64,000 nucleotides of DNA from contig OZ242365.1 of assembly GCA_965208905.1 (NCBI GenBank), positions 1,216,001 through 1,280,000 on the forward strand, in the 5' to 3' direction. The DNA comes from Nitrosopumilaceae archaeon (lineage in GTDB: Archaea > Thermoproteota > Nitrososphaeria > Nitrososphaerales > Nitrosopumilaceae). A program made the position numbers and the translations under genes. Of the stretch, positions 55,510 through 64,000 are shown in pieces; within the stretch, counting starts at the first letter, position 1; every line of letters begins with the position of its first letter. Below the pieces are notes generated by a model that saw only the letters and a list, made by a program, of their open reading frames with translations, was not told the origin of the DNA and searched no databases.

Positions 55510-55654
55510 GTCGGGTCACTTTTTGTCGAAGTCAACTCCTGACACCACCAGAGTTTCAATTCAGAAGTTTTATTAAACCCACTACCTTATTATACATACG
55601 GATCCCGTCAGCCGTTGCTGGCTACGAAATCTAGAATTTCAGGGACCGACATTC

Positions 55655-56410
55655 TTATCTAACCACGTACCCAGTGGAATAGAAGCTTCCATCCAGCCGA
55701 AAGTACTTTGATTTGATTGACTTCCATCGATTCTGCTTCTCATTGTTGGATACTGCCTTGATTTGAACCGCATAGGCAAAAAAGTCCGCAAGTTGCAAGA
55801 TTGGGTGGTCGGCTGGTTCACCACTTTTGATGTTACCGAGTATGTTGTTCAATTCAACATGATGTCTTCTCGACAATGCCCATCTCAACATCCTCATTCC
55901 CCTTTGAACTCTGGCACGATCAGCATGAGTGAACCGTTCATAGATGACAGAGCCGGTTGATTTTTCATCAACCAAAAAGTCTTGGAATCTCTCCAACATC
56001 ATCAACATGGTGTATTCTTTGGGGTGTGCAGGTTCTATGTACTGTTTATAGTGGGCATCCAAGTCCAGCGTGACTGACAGGAGTGTGCAAGGCGACTGAA
56101 TGATTATGTTGAATATGTCATCGGCTAGGCGGAGTCTACTTTCACCACTTATTATACTGTATTGTGATGCTCCTTGGATGAGGTCATGATAGTGGAGTTT
56201 GAAATCTGGAGCCAATACCTTCGGTTTCAGGTATTTCTTTATCACTGACTGTATCTGCTTCTCCACCTCACCCACATCCGCATCAGGCACTATGATTCCG
56301 GCCAAGGTAAAGAATGCGGAACTGTTTTTGTATTTGGGTCGGTCTTTGACATAAGGTCCTGGATCTCCAGACTCGTCAATGTACAGAGAGTGTGTCATAT
56401 ACCCGCGCAT
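55655..56410 (-). CDS. DUF3800 (RNase H-like) protein
   Basis: LYIDESGD at N-terminus, LQLADFFAY at C-terminus. Confidence 0.85.
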   Translation of the reverse strand: MRGYMTHSLYIDESGDPGPYVKDRPKYKNSSAFFTLAGIIVPDADVGEVEKQIQSVIKKYLKPKVLAPDFKLHYHDLIQGASQYSIISGESRLRLADDIFNIIIQSPCTLLSVTLDLDAHYKQYIEPAHPKEYTMLMMLERFQDFLVDEKSTGSVIYERFTHADRARVQRGMRMLRWALSRRHHVELNNILGNIKSGEPADHPILQLADFFAYAVQIKAVSNNEKQNRWKSIKSKYFRLDGSFYSTGYVVR

Positions 56411-56463
56411 TAACCTGCTTTCTATATAGTGTTTATGATGTATGAGTTTTCCCGTAATGGATT

Positions 56464-56512
56464 TAGGGTGGAAACATAGGCGATACGAGTGGGGCAGAAA
56501 TAATAGTCAGGT
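56464..56512 (+). repeat. Cassette-boundary element copy J (degenerate)
   Basis: TAGGGTGGAAAC-N14-TGGGGCAGAAAT, same spacing as box2-box3. Confidence 0.5.
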
Positions 56513-56632
56513 GAAACACATGCCTAAACGTCATTCTGAGGTAAGCGCCATATTTGTGGGACGGTTCATCAAAAGTGAACAGTTGCAAGTCTTTAGCGAG
56601 GACATCAAGCTCCGCAAAACTCAGTGCGTTCT

Positions 56633-58240
56633 TTACATCCACATGATGGTGCAGTCAAGAGATTCAGAGATGAGTTGTACAGTTATAGCCATGCGTTCGT
56701 TGTTCTTGCACCCCACAAGTGCATTTGGAGGCATCACCTGCATAACACAGATGTTGTCTTTCAAGTCCACCCCGTCCATGCTTTGCCATACGAGTTCGTT
56801 ATACGGGCGTTGCGCAATCACAAAATTCCGCCCGGTTGGGGGAAGTTGTTTTATCTTGCCGTTGAGCCATTTTAGGGCATGCTTCCATTCAAAAACACCA
56901 TCCTCGTCCCCACATCGTCCTAGATTGTTTATGTTGAATCGCTCACCCCATTGTAGTGATTTCTGTATATTATAGGACATTTCCGTCATGCCGTCCCACG
57001 CCTCAATGTGGATATCCTTCCCATACTCGTCCTCCAATAAGATATCTACCGTTTTGTCAGATACCTTTCGTTCCACCCCTACCGATTTGAACATGCCGGA
57101 CTCATAAAACAACTTGGCCAACTTCGTGTGCCAAACATTCCCCTCTTTCCGCCGTTTCCAATCCCTAACCGTGTGCAACTTGTGCACCAGTATACACTTT
57201 CCTACTATCTTGGTATTTGGATCCTCAAGCCATGCTTCTAAGCCATCTCTCTCCTTTTTCTCGGCGGCTGTCTCAATAAACCCTATCTTGAATGTGTTAT
57301 TGCCACGCCTCCAAAACATATGATGGATCTTGGCATGAATACGAGCGATGTAGAGGTCCAACCAAGCATCCACCAAACTGATAGCATTCGCACGCTTTTG
57401 ATCAGACACCACGCTTGCATGTTCAAGATCCAACCAAGCATCCACCAAATCGGCAGTTTTTTGTTTGACTTTACTCGCCTCGTCTAGTTTGGACTGCCAG
57501 TGGTCGATGCCGAATGGACCCTCACCCATTACAAACATCATGTTGGCAAGAAGTTTTAACGCTACATCTGTTTTTTGCTTCTCACAGAGGAACATCCATT
57601 GCAGCGCCACCGGTAGGTCGTTGGGCAATACGGCAGCCACGCGCGGCGCTAAAAACCTTGGCTCTCTCGTCTTCACCAACTCATGTATGTGCCGTACACC
57701 CTCGGCGTCGAAGTGATCTCTGCATTTCCGCAACCCAAATAATATCGCCGTAAGATCTTTTGCACCTGCCTGTTTGATGGCCAAAACCAGCGCTCCCCAC
57801 ACTTTTGCTTGATTGGTCTCCATCATCTTGCCAAATACATCTTGTAGACAAGTGGTACTAGCAGCTTTCAGAATAAGAGTACAGCCTTGTTGTACCGAAA
57901 TTTTATGCTCACTGAGATATAGTTGTACTACCTCTACCCACAACCCGTCGTCCGATCGGATCGGCGTTTCTGACAGCGCTTTGATTAATCTTACTGGTGG
58001 TTTGTCTTTCCTATACCGCTCATAACACAGTTCTAACGCATCCTCCACCATGTCATATCCGCCTTTTTGAGCCTCCCTTATTTTTTCCACAAACTCGTCT
58101 GGTGGGATATCTCTGTACTCTCCTGTCTGGTTCCACCGTTTCAACATGGATTTCAAGTCTTTCATTTCACCACCTAGCTTAGCATCAAATATTAACATTC
58201 GATGTATTTGAAATAAAACCACATTGAGACTCAGGGTCAT
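56633..58240 (-). CDS. Helical protein with C-terminal PD-(D/E)XK-like domain
   Basis: H...ER...VDILL......IHIEAW; start may be 58165. Confidence 0.55.
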   Translation of the reverse strand: MTLSLNVVLFQIHRMLIFDAKLGGEMKDLKSMLKRWNQTGEYRDIPPDEFVEKIREAQKGGYDMVEDALELCYERYRKDKPPVRLIKALSETPIRSDDGLWVEVVQLYLSEHKISVQQGCTLILKAASTTCLQDVFGKMMETNQAKVWGALVLAIKQAGAKDLTAILFGLRKCRDHFDAEGVRHIHELVKTREPRFLAPRVAAVLPNDLPVALQWMFLCEKQKTDVALKLLANMMFVMGEGPFGIDHWQSKLDEASKVKQKTADLVDAWLDLEHASVVSDQKRANAISLVDAWLDLYIARIHAKIHHMFWRRGNNTFKIGFIETAAEKKERDGLEAWLEDPNTKIVGKCILVHKLHTVRDWKRRKEGNVWHTKLAKLFYESGMFKSVGVERKVSDKTVDILLEDEYGKDIHIEAWDGMTEMSYNIQKSLQWGERFNINNLGRCGDEDGVFEWKHALKWLNGKIKQLPPTGRNFVIAQRPYNELVWQSMDGVDLKDNICVMQVMPPNALVGCKNNERMAITVQLISESLDCTIMWM

Positions 58241-58424
58241 ATTTTTGGAGAGTCATAGTTCTTGACTCCTTGGAAACCTCAATACCATCAAGCCTTAGTC
58301 ACTTTTTTGAGGTCATCATATCTCACACCTCCAACCACTTTTTTTGACCCTTACTTCTCATCTCCCATCTCAACACCACTGCAACCCATTAACACCCATA
58401 TGTCCCCCACCGATTTAGGTACTT

Positions 58425-58943
58425 GTGATTGAATCCTGGGGGCCTGTGATCGGGGCTGGCATCATTGTAGTGGGAGCGGTGGCGATGCAGTTGTTTATCT
58501 ATCGTCGTACCATCAGTGAACGCCGTAAGGAACGGGAGCGCGGGCGGGTAAATGCCGTCAAGGACCTGTATTGGGGGCTACGCGCAATATATTCCCAGAG
58601 GGTGTTCACCAGTCATAAAGGCATTAAGATAGACCCGTTCTACAATTTTCTGATATACCCAGAAGACATTGACTGGCTACGGCAACACTTCCACAAGAAC
58701 GGCCACCTTCTCTCTGCCGAAATACATGAAGCATACCATGCTGAAATATCAAACACACAAACCCGACCAAGATTGCTGAACCCAGACAATATTCCCCCTG
58801 ACATTAGGAAGTTTGTTTTGTCCGGCCCGGTTTCTGGCGGCAACCTACCACTACTCTTTCTGACTACCAAGAAAGATCTATTCTCTCTAGACTCAGACAC
58901 GAAGCTACCAAACGATGCGGTACTTATCCCGAAAGACCAATGA
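58425..58943 (+). CDS. Membrane-anchored protein, paralog of 42836-43552
   Basis: TM plus WLRQHFHKNGHLL. Confidence 0.6.
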   Translation: MIESWGPVIGAGIIVVGAVAMQLFIYRRTISERRKERERGRVNAVKDLYWGLRAIYSQRVFTSHKGIKIDPFYNFLIYPEDIDWLRQHFHKNGHLLSAEIHEAYHAEISNTQTRPRLLNPDNIPPDIRKFVLSGPVSGGNLPLLFLTTKKDLFSLDSDTKLPNDAVLIPKDQ

Positions 58944-59097
58944 TGCCATGAACCTTCTGCATTCTGCTAGGTAATCTCGGCCTCTGTTTCTCACGACGAG
59001 AGCAGGTGTTGTGAGAAGATCCCTACCTGACATACTGGCGGATGTTCTATCAGGGTCATGTCCGGGATCATCCCCAGAAAACTCCAGCCCATTAGGC

Positions 59098-59340
59098 CTA
59101 AGAGTCACCACTTGGTATCTGAGTCTTTATGTTGCTCCCAAACAAATAACCGCCGATTGCGCTCATCATGGAGAGTAGTATATGACTAAAAATCAGATAG
59201 TCCGACGACACGATGCCGGCTGCCTGCAAGCACACCATCACGAAGGAACCTGCTATGATGATACCTATGAGACGCATGAAAAATTTCTGCATCGGAGTTA
59301 TTCGTTGCTCTCGTATTCTGCGAACCAAAGTCAACCCCAC
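59098..59340 (-). CDS. Small two-TM protein
   Basis: Two hydrophobic helices, AIGGYLFG. Confidence 0.5.
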   Translation of the reverse strand: MGLTLVRRIREQRITPMQKFFMRLIGIIIAGSFVMVCLQAAGIVSSDYLIFSHILLSMMSAIGGYLFGSNIKTQIPSGDS

Positions 59341-59540
59341 GATATTGGTCCTCTACATCTGGGGCAGGGGTTGGTCCCCTTCTTCACCACTAGATTACAG
59401 TATGGACAACGATAAATTTTGGTCTTGGAGTCAGTTATGGCCTTCGCCAACGCGATACCCAGTATAATCGCACCTGCTACCGCAACCCATGCCACGGAAC
59501 CTGTCTTACGGAGAACTATTTAACTTCTTGCGTGCACAGG

Positions 59541-59727
59541 TTCTGGGAAATCTGCGTGTGATGGGTGAGCCTGGGAAATGCGTGTGATGAGGTCAAGAGT
59601 GGATCTCCTCAAGAACGTTCGTTGACCGACTGGGGAGCTGTCAAAAGGAGCTGGGAAGAAATGCTGACCTGTAGAAAAGTGGAAAAGATCTGACCTAGAG
59701 TGGAAACGTAGGTTACACCAAGCCGGT
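59541..59727 (+). repeat. Cassette-boundary element copy G
   Basis: GGAGCTGGGAAGAAATGCTGACCTGTAGAAAAGTGG matches the middle of copy C; TAGAGTGGAAAC. Confidence 0.75.
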
Positions 59728-59804
59728 CAGAGTAGGCATAGTGAAGCGGTCCCGCGTGAGGGACGGATGTCGTCAAAGTGGATGGTACATAATGAGATGA
59801 GCAG

Positions 59805-61124
59805 CTACGGGGAGTTGTCTGCCGGTACCAGAAATCCAGATTCCCAAGAAACACCATCATCCTCATAATTCTTTGAAAATATCACAATGGGTATATCATC
59901 ATTAGGTCGTTCCTCCCGTATCTTGACTTGCTCTTTTTTTATCGCCGCGCGTTGGTCTGCCTTGGTTGAGTTGTGGTTGACGATGACGGTTATCCAGATT
60001 GTGTTTGCTCTCAGGCGGTATTCTGTACTGCGACCGGTTGTTTGCAACCAGCGGAAGGCTCCCCAGGCATCCCCCTCAAATGCAGTAGCCTCTTCCTCTG
60101 ATAGATCCGCAAGAGCTTCAAATATTTTTTTGGACGTCAGGATATTGGTCACTGTCTCCGCCCGGGTGTCGGCCACTTGATTCTCGATGACATCAACCAG
60201 TTCGACTACAGATGGTGGCATACCGGCCATCCTTTGCCTGTATCTCGAAATCATCTGGCCCATCTCAATTTGGATGGAGTCTGATTCAAGAACCCTCTTG
60301 CGGTCCTTTTGGACTGCTTTTTGAAACCTTCTCTCCCGTGCCGGTGAGGGCCGGAGTGAATATGGAAATGTAATCTCAACACGACTCTGTAGGAGCCCCC
60401 AGAAGTCGCCGTCGTCGATTGTGTGCGGACTTGCAATAGCCCCGCTCTTGTTGATACGCGTTCCCGTCCAGCCCTTCAGGACATGGGGGTGAACGGTTGT
60501 GACGAAAACCATGTCTGCAAGCTTGGCATATGTGTATATTCTAGTGTTGCTAGTGACCATCGTACCATCGGTGGCGCGACGCATGTACCAGTTGGTCTTT
60601 TCATGTATGCCGTCTGTAATATCCATACTTCCCAAGATGAGAAGGTGGCTCTCATAGGGATGTACGGCCTGCCTATTATCCAACAAGAACTCCCGCCATG
60701 TTGCTTCCGCCGACTCTATCTGCGGACCAAATTTAGGGTGGTTTGATTTGAATGCTTCATATTCCATCCTCAAGACTCTCCAACCCAGTGATATGGCAAA
60801 CCGCTCCAACCAACTGCCGTATTCAAGGCGGCTGTTACTGCCATTGTGGAATGGATAGAATATCTTGTCCGCGAATAATGTCTCAAGACTGGAAAATCGT
60901 TGCTCACAACTACTACACAGCATACGATATCTAAGAAGATCCTGAGCATGTTCTGCATTGTTACCGTCAACTCGTGCAAGGGTTTTGGTCGCGGATGTGT
61001 CCTTAAGCCACTTGCCTACGAATTTGGGTATTATGTGGCTTGCCTGAAGATCGCCGCTGCGTCCGCACAGAGCACATGTTTCGATGCTACGGTCCTGTGC
61101 ATCCTTGGAGATCACGTCTACCAA
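59805..61124 (-). CDS. HNH-like zinc-binding nuclease domain protein
   Basis: CALC...SHIIPK...LCSSCE. Confidence 0.65.
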   Translation of the reverse strand: MVDVISKDAQDRSIETCALCGRSGDLQASHIIPKFVGKWLKDTSATKTLARVDGNNAEHAQDLLRYRMLCSSCEQRFSSLETLFADKIFYPFHNGSNSRLEYGSWLERFAISLGWRVLRMEYEAFKSNHPKFGPQIESAEATWREFLLDNRQAVHPYESHLLILGSMDITDGIHEKTNWYMRRATDGTMVTSNTRIYTYAKLADMVFVTTVHPHVLKGWTGTRINKSGAIASPHTIDDGDFWGLLQSRVEITFPYSLRPSPARERRFQKAVQKDRKRVLESDSIQIEMGQMISRYRQRMAGMPPSVVELVDVIENQVADTRAETVTNILTSKKIFEALADLSEEEATAFEGDAWGAFRWLQTTGRSTEYRLRANTIWITVIVNHNSTKADQRAAIKKEQVKIREERPNDDIPIVIFSKNYEDDGVSWESGFLVPADNSP

Positions 61125-61156
61125 TGGCCTTCACCACTTATATTATACGCGGTTAG

Positions 61157-61299
61157 GTGGGAGTGGGAAAACACGGTGACCTCGTGAAATTTGTGACCCG
61201 GAGTGGAAATGGAGGTTTGCAGAATGTACTGCGTGGAGTGGAAATGAGGTCTAGTATGATGAAGTGGAAATACAGTAGATGACCTATGTTTCCGGTCCG
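61157..61299 (+). repeat. Cassette-boundary element copy H
   Basis: Two GAAA..TGACC motifs, 3 direct boxes, inverted GTTTCCGGTCCG. Confidence 0.85.
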
Positions 61300-61327
61300 C
61301 AGACAGTCCGGATGGATGCCCTGGCCG

Positions 61328-62404
61328 TTAATTACAGTCGGGCAAGAGACTGTTGTCCTCTTGCAGGAATTTGAAGGCCGCACTCAACGAGGCCCGTACC
61401 GCGCCTATATTGTCCGGCTCAAATCGCTGTTTCACCAACACGATTCCATTGCCGGCAGTCTGGAGGGTCTGGCCGTCAACCTCCACTGTTTCAATATTGG
61501 CATCGAACACGCGTTTTATATCGGCCGCGGGTTCTAGCGAAACCGAGATCAGCGCCATTCCGTCTTCCATCCTGTCTTTGATGATTTTCACCATCTCTTT
61601 GTCTCTATATGAGAACCCGATCACCAACAACACGTCAACCTTCTCAATCTTCTCCTCAAAGCGTTTCCACAAAGTAGAGAACGGCTCCCTGCCATAATCC
61701 TTCGCGCCCTCGGTGGGGGCTACCATAACATCCTTCTTGTTATCCCTTGCCGCAACCATTGTACCCTCCACGATGTCCCCGTCAACATTCTCATGCCAGA
61801 ATATGGAGCCGTGTAGTTTTATCAGGTGCATGTAGTTGTCCGCGTCGGTTGACCACTCGTCTCTCCAGACAAAAACCCCGCGGCCTTCCTGTCTGAAACC
61901 ATTGACTACAACAAGATCCTTCTTGTCGCAGTATTCCTCCATCACACGATCATAGTTAGTCGTAAACACCAGAAATTCACCCATCCCACCATCACCAATA
62001 ACCGACCAAACCATGTCGTACATCTGCCTAATCGAGTTACGGGAATCCGATTTGATAATGAATGATTCAAGCAGGACATCGCGGATGACGAGGTGGACAC
62101 GCCTCAAGGCATTGATTGTGTTCGTTAATAGACCATTTGCATTCATCACCAGAAAGACCGGCCTGATGTTGGACACATCGTCACGCAGGTGCAACATCCG
62201 CTCTATCCCATCGTATAATTTCTCAACATCTTTGTAGTGGTCGTGGTTAATGATGGTTTCTGTAATGCTATCCAGATTGTATGCATCTTTACCCGTATTT
62301 TTGACACGCGCCCGTACCTCGTCCATCAACTCCGTGGTGGTAGGCAGGTCCACAAACGCCGAAGCCCCGGCTCCCAGAAAAAGGGCGGTGCGCATATGCG
62401 GCAT
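61328..62404 (-). CDS. SIR2-like (SIR2_2) protein
   Basis: FLGAGAS, FTTNYD, IKLHGS, IGFSYRD. Confidence 0.88.
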   Translation of the reverse strand: MPHMRTALFLGAGASAFVDLPTTTELMDEVRARVKNTGKDAYNLDSITETIINHDHYKDVEKLYDGIERMLHLRDDVSNIRPVFLVMNANGLLTNTINALRRVHLVIRDVLLESFIIKSDSRNSIRQMYDMVWSVIGDGGMGEFLVFTTNYDRVMEEYCDKKDLVVVNGFRQEGRGVFVWRDEWSTDADNYMHLIKLHGSIFWHENVDGDIVEGTMVAARDNKKDVMVAPTEGAKDYGREPFSTLWKRFEEKIEKVDVLLVIGFSYRDKEMVKIIKDRMEDGMALISVSLEPAADIKRVFDANIETVEVDGQTLQTAGNGIVLVKQRFEPDNIGAVRASLSAAFKFLQEDNSLLPDCN

Positions 62405-62481
62405 GTGGTGCAGACCATAATAAACCATTCTGCCGCATGGATCTGTCAAAAACCAGAGTCCTATACAACGCTGTCAAAAAA

Positions 62482-62528
62482 GTGACTTGGGGTGGAAATG
62501 GTGGTTGTATACCTACGTTTCCAGCGTA
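62482..62528 (+). repeat. Cassette-boundary element copy I (partial)
   Basis: TGGGGTGGAAAT-GGTGGTTGTATACCTAC-GTTTCC, near-identical to box3-box4 of copy C. Confidence 0.75.
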
Positions 62529-62712
62529 CAGTACTCAACTCAATAAACCTTAAAACAGCACCGCCACTACGTTTTATACAGGATGGTAATTTGAATGAAA
62601 TGTCAGGAATTTGTATTTGAACCGACTCTGAAGGACATTATACATCGGGGACTTGTGTGTGTTGGAGTCAATATGGGCGCAGCCATCGCCAAAGGCAGAC
62701 GTCCGAATAGTC

Positions 62713-62767
62713 CGATATAGTCGCCGCACGACGATATAGTCGCCGCACGACGATATAGTCGCCGCAC
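62713..62767. repeat. 19-bp tandem repeat (about 2.9 units) upstream of second mod
   Basis: (CGATATAGTCGCCGCACGA)n. Confidence 0.9.
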
Positions 62768-62937
62768 TCAATCTAACGAAGCTCGGTCATCATGTTCACC
62801 GTGGCAGATATTCACAATTTCAAGGTTTTGGGATGAGTTTGTAGGGGATGATATTGTAGATCATCCACACACATTCAAGGTAATACCGCGGTGTTACACC
62901 GGGAAAATCAAGTGTTTAGTAAGACGGGTGGTGGAGT

Positions 62938-64000
62938 TTGGGTAGACGGCGCACCAAACAATCGGGTAGTGGTCCAGTTGGTGAATACAAGCACGAGAAA
63001 TTCAAGCGTAAGAACACCCCACCTGCCGGGCTGGTCAAAGGAGAGAAAGACGTAGAATCCTACAAATCATACTATCCTGAAATCGATCCGCATGACTCAC
63101 CATTTCTGATGTTCAAGAACAGGCACGAGTCTGACCAAATTAATGTCCAGACGGTCTCACTACACACACATGAATCAATACACCCACCCACAATAGTAGA
63201 ACCGATTCTCAAAGGGCGGCAACACGTACTGGATGACTTTTTTGAGATAACGCGACCACGCAACGAGGCCGTTGAGTTTTACAAGCATAATGATGACTGG
63301 ACCAACCGCCTAATTGCCGGTGACAATCTACTGGTAATGAACTCGTTATTGGAAAAGGAGAATAAGGCTGGCCAGGTAAAGATGATATACTTTGACCCAC
63401 CATATGGTATCAAGTTTAACAGCAACTTTCAACCCAAAGTTTTTGATACAAGTGTAAGAGACCGTGTAGATTCCATAGAGGAGCGACCAGAGAGTATCAA
63501 AGCATTCCGTGACACATGGATGTTAGGCGTTCACTCATATCTATCTGCAACACGAAAGCGATTGGAGTTGGCACGGCGCCTATTGTCTGATACAGGCTCT
63601 ATATTCGTACAGATATCTAATACAAATCAACACTTCATGAGAGTACTGCTTGATGAAATATTTGGTCCTGAGAATCTTGTGTGGCAGATTTTGTTTAGGA
63701 CGAAGGGTGGCGCAGGTGTTGGTGCTTGGCCTCATGCATACGACTACATATTATGGTACGCCAAGGACAAAAAGCAAGCCATTGAATCTGGACATTTACA
63801 CCAATTATGGGAAGATCGTACAGATGAGAGTATTAAAAAAACATTTGGAGGTATGGAGTTAAAGGATGGGACAGTAAAATCGCATGGTGGAAAAGTGTTA
63901 CCACCGGGAGCCAGATATTGTAAAATTATGCCTCTGCACTCACAGGGAGAATCGACAACAGATAGATCAAAACCACACACATTCCCAAATAATGAGACAG
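62938..64000 (+). CDS. mod: Type III-like adenine DNA methyltransferase (runs off window end)
   Basis: Manual translation from TTG 62938: WTNRLIAGDNLLVMNSLL, MIYFDPPYGIKF, AFRDTW..GVHSYL, GSIFVQIS. Confidence 0.88.
   Translation, partial: MGRRRTKQSGSGPVGEYKHEKFKRKNTPPAGLVKGEKDVESYKSYYPEIDPHDSPFLMFKNRHESDQINVQTVSLHTHESIHPPTIVEPILKGRQHVLDDFFEITRPRNEAVEFYKHNDDWTNRLIAGDNLLVMNSLLEKENKAGQVKMIYFDPPYGIKFNSNFQPKVFDTSVRDRVDSIEERPESIKAFRDTWMLGVHSYLSATRKRLELARRLLSDTGSIFVQISNTNQHFMRVLLDEIFGPENLVWQILFRTKGGAGVGAWPHAYDYILWYAKDKKQAIESGHLHQLWEDRTDESIKKTFGGMELKDGTVKSHGGKVLPPGARYCKIMPLHSQGESTTDRSKPHTFPNNET

Noticed and set aside
35085-62528. GGAGTGGAAA boxes as a CRISPR array
   Set aside because: The boxes are only about 12 bp, the spacers are uneven and conserved between loci, some boxes are inverted, and no cas genes are present.
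35085-62528. Canonical integron attC sites
   Set aside because: No RYYYAAC...GTTRRRY pairing with a long palindrome, and no IntI in the window.

Overview
Archaeal DNA with gene content and order typical of Thaumarchaeota (Nitrosopumilaceae/Cenarchaeum-like); a host-associated lifestyle is an inference from the spondin, collagen and TPR proteins and the many decayed ISs. Positions 1-29.6 kb are core genome: gatA-gatC-aspS, trpS, pheS-pheT, purP, mqnE, DRG GTPase, sulfite/nitrite reductase, PduO, tRNA-Phe, rps26e, speB, thrS and dys, plus a collagen-like gene, IS scars and a probable two-hairpin H/ACA guide RNA after pheT. From about 29.7 kb the window is accessory. It starts with a second, divergent sulfite reductase beside a rhodanese lacking its catalytic Cys. 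It continues with a roughly 28 kb patchwork of defence-like genes (HEPN-TPR, Type III R-M, MmeI fragment, DUF3800, PD-(D/E)XK, HNH-like, SIR2, a second Mod). The most striking feature is a family of about 10 co-oriented, modular intergenic elements (TGAACTGTCCCA head plus spaced YGGAGTGGAAAY boxes). They separate these genes like cassettes and cut genes at a fixed TG/CA boundary. Homologous 19-bp palindromic tandem repeats lie upstream of both Mod genes, and three small GIY-YIG-like paralogs are scattered through the array. All calls come from reading motifs by eye; no searches were run.
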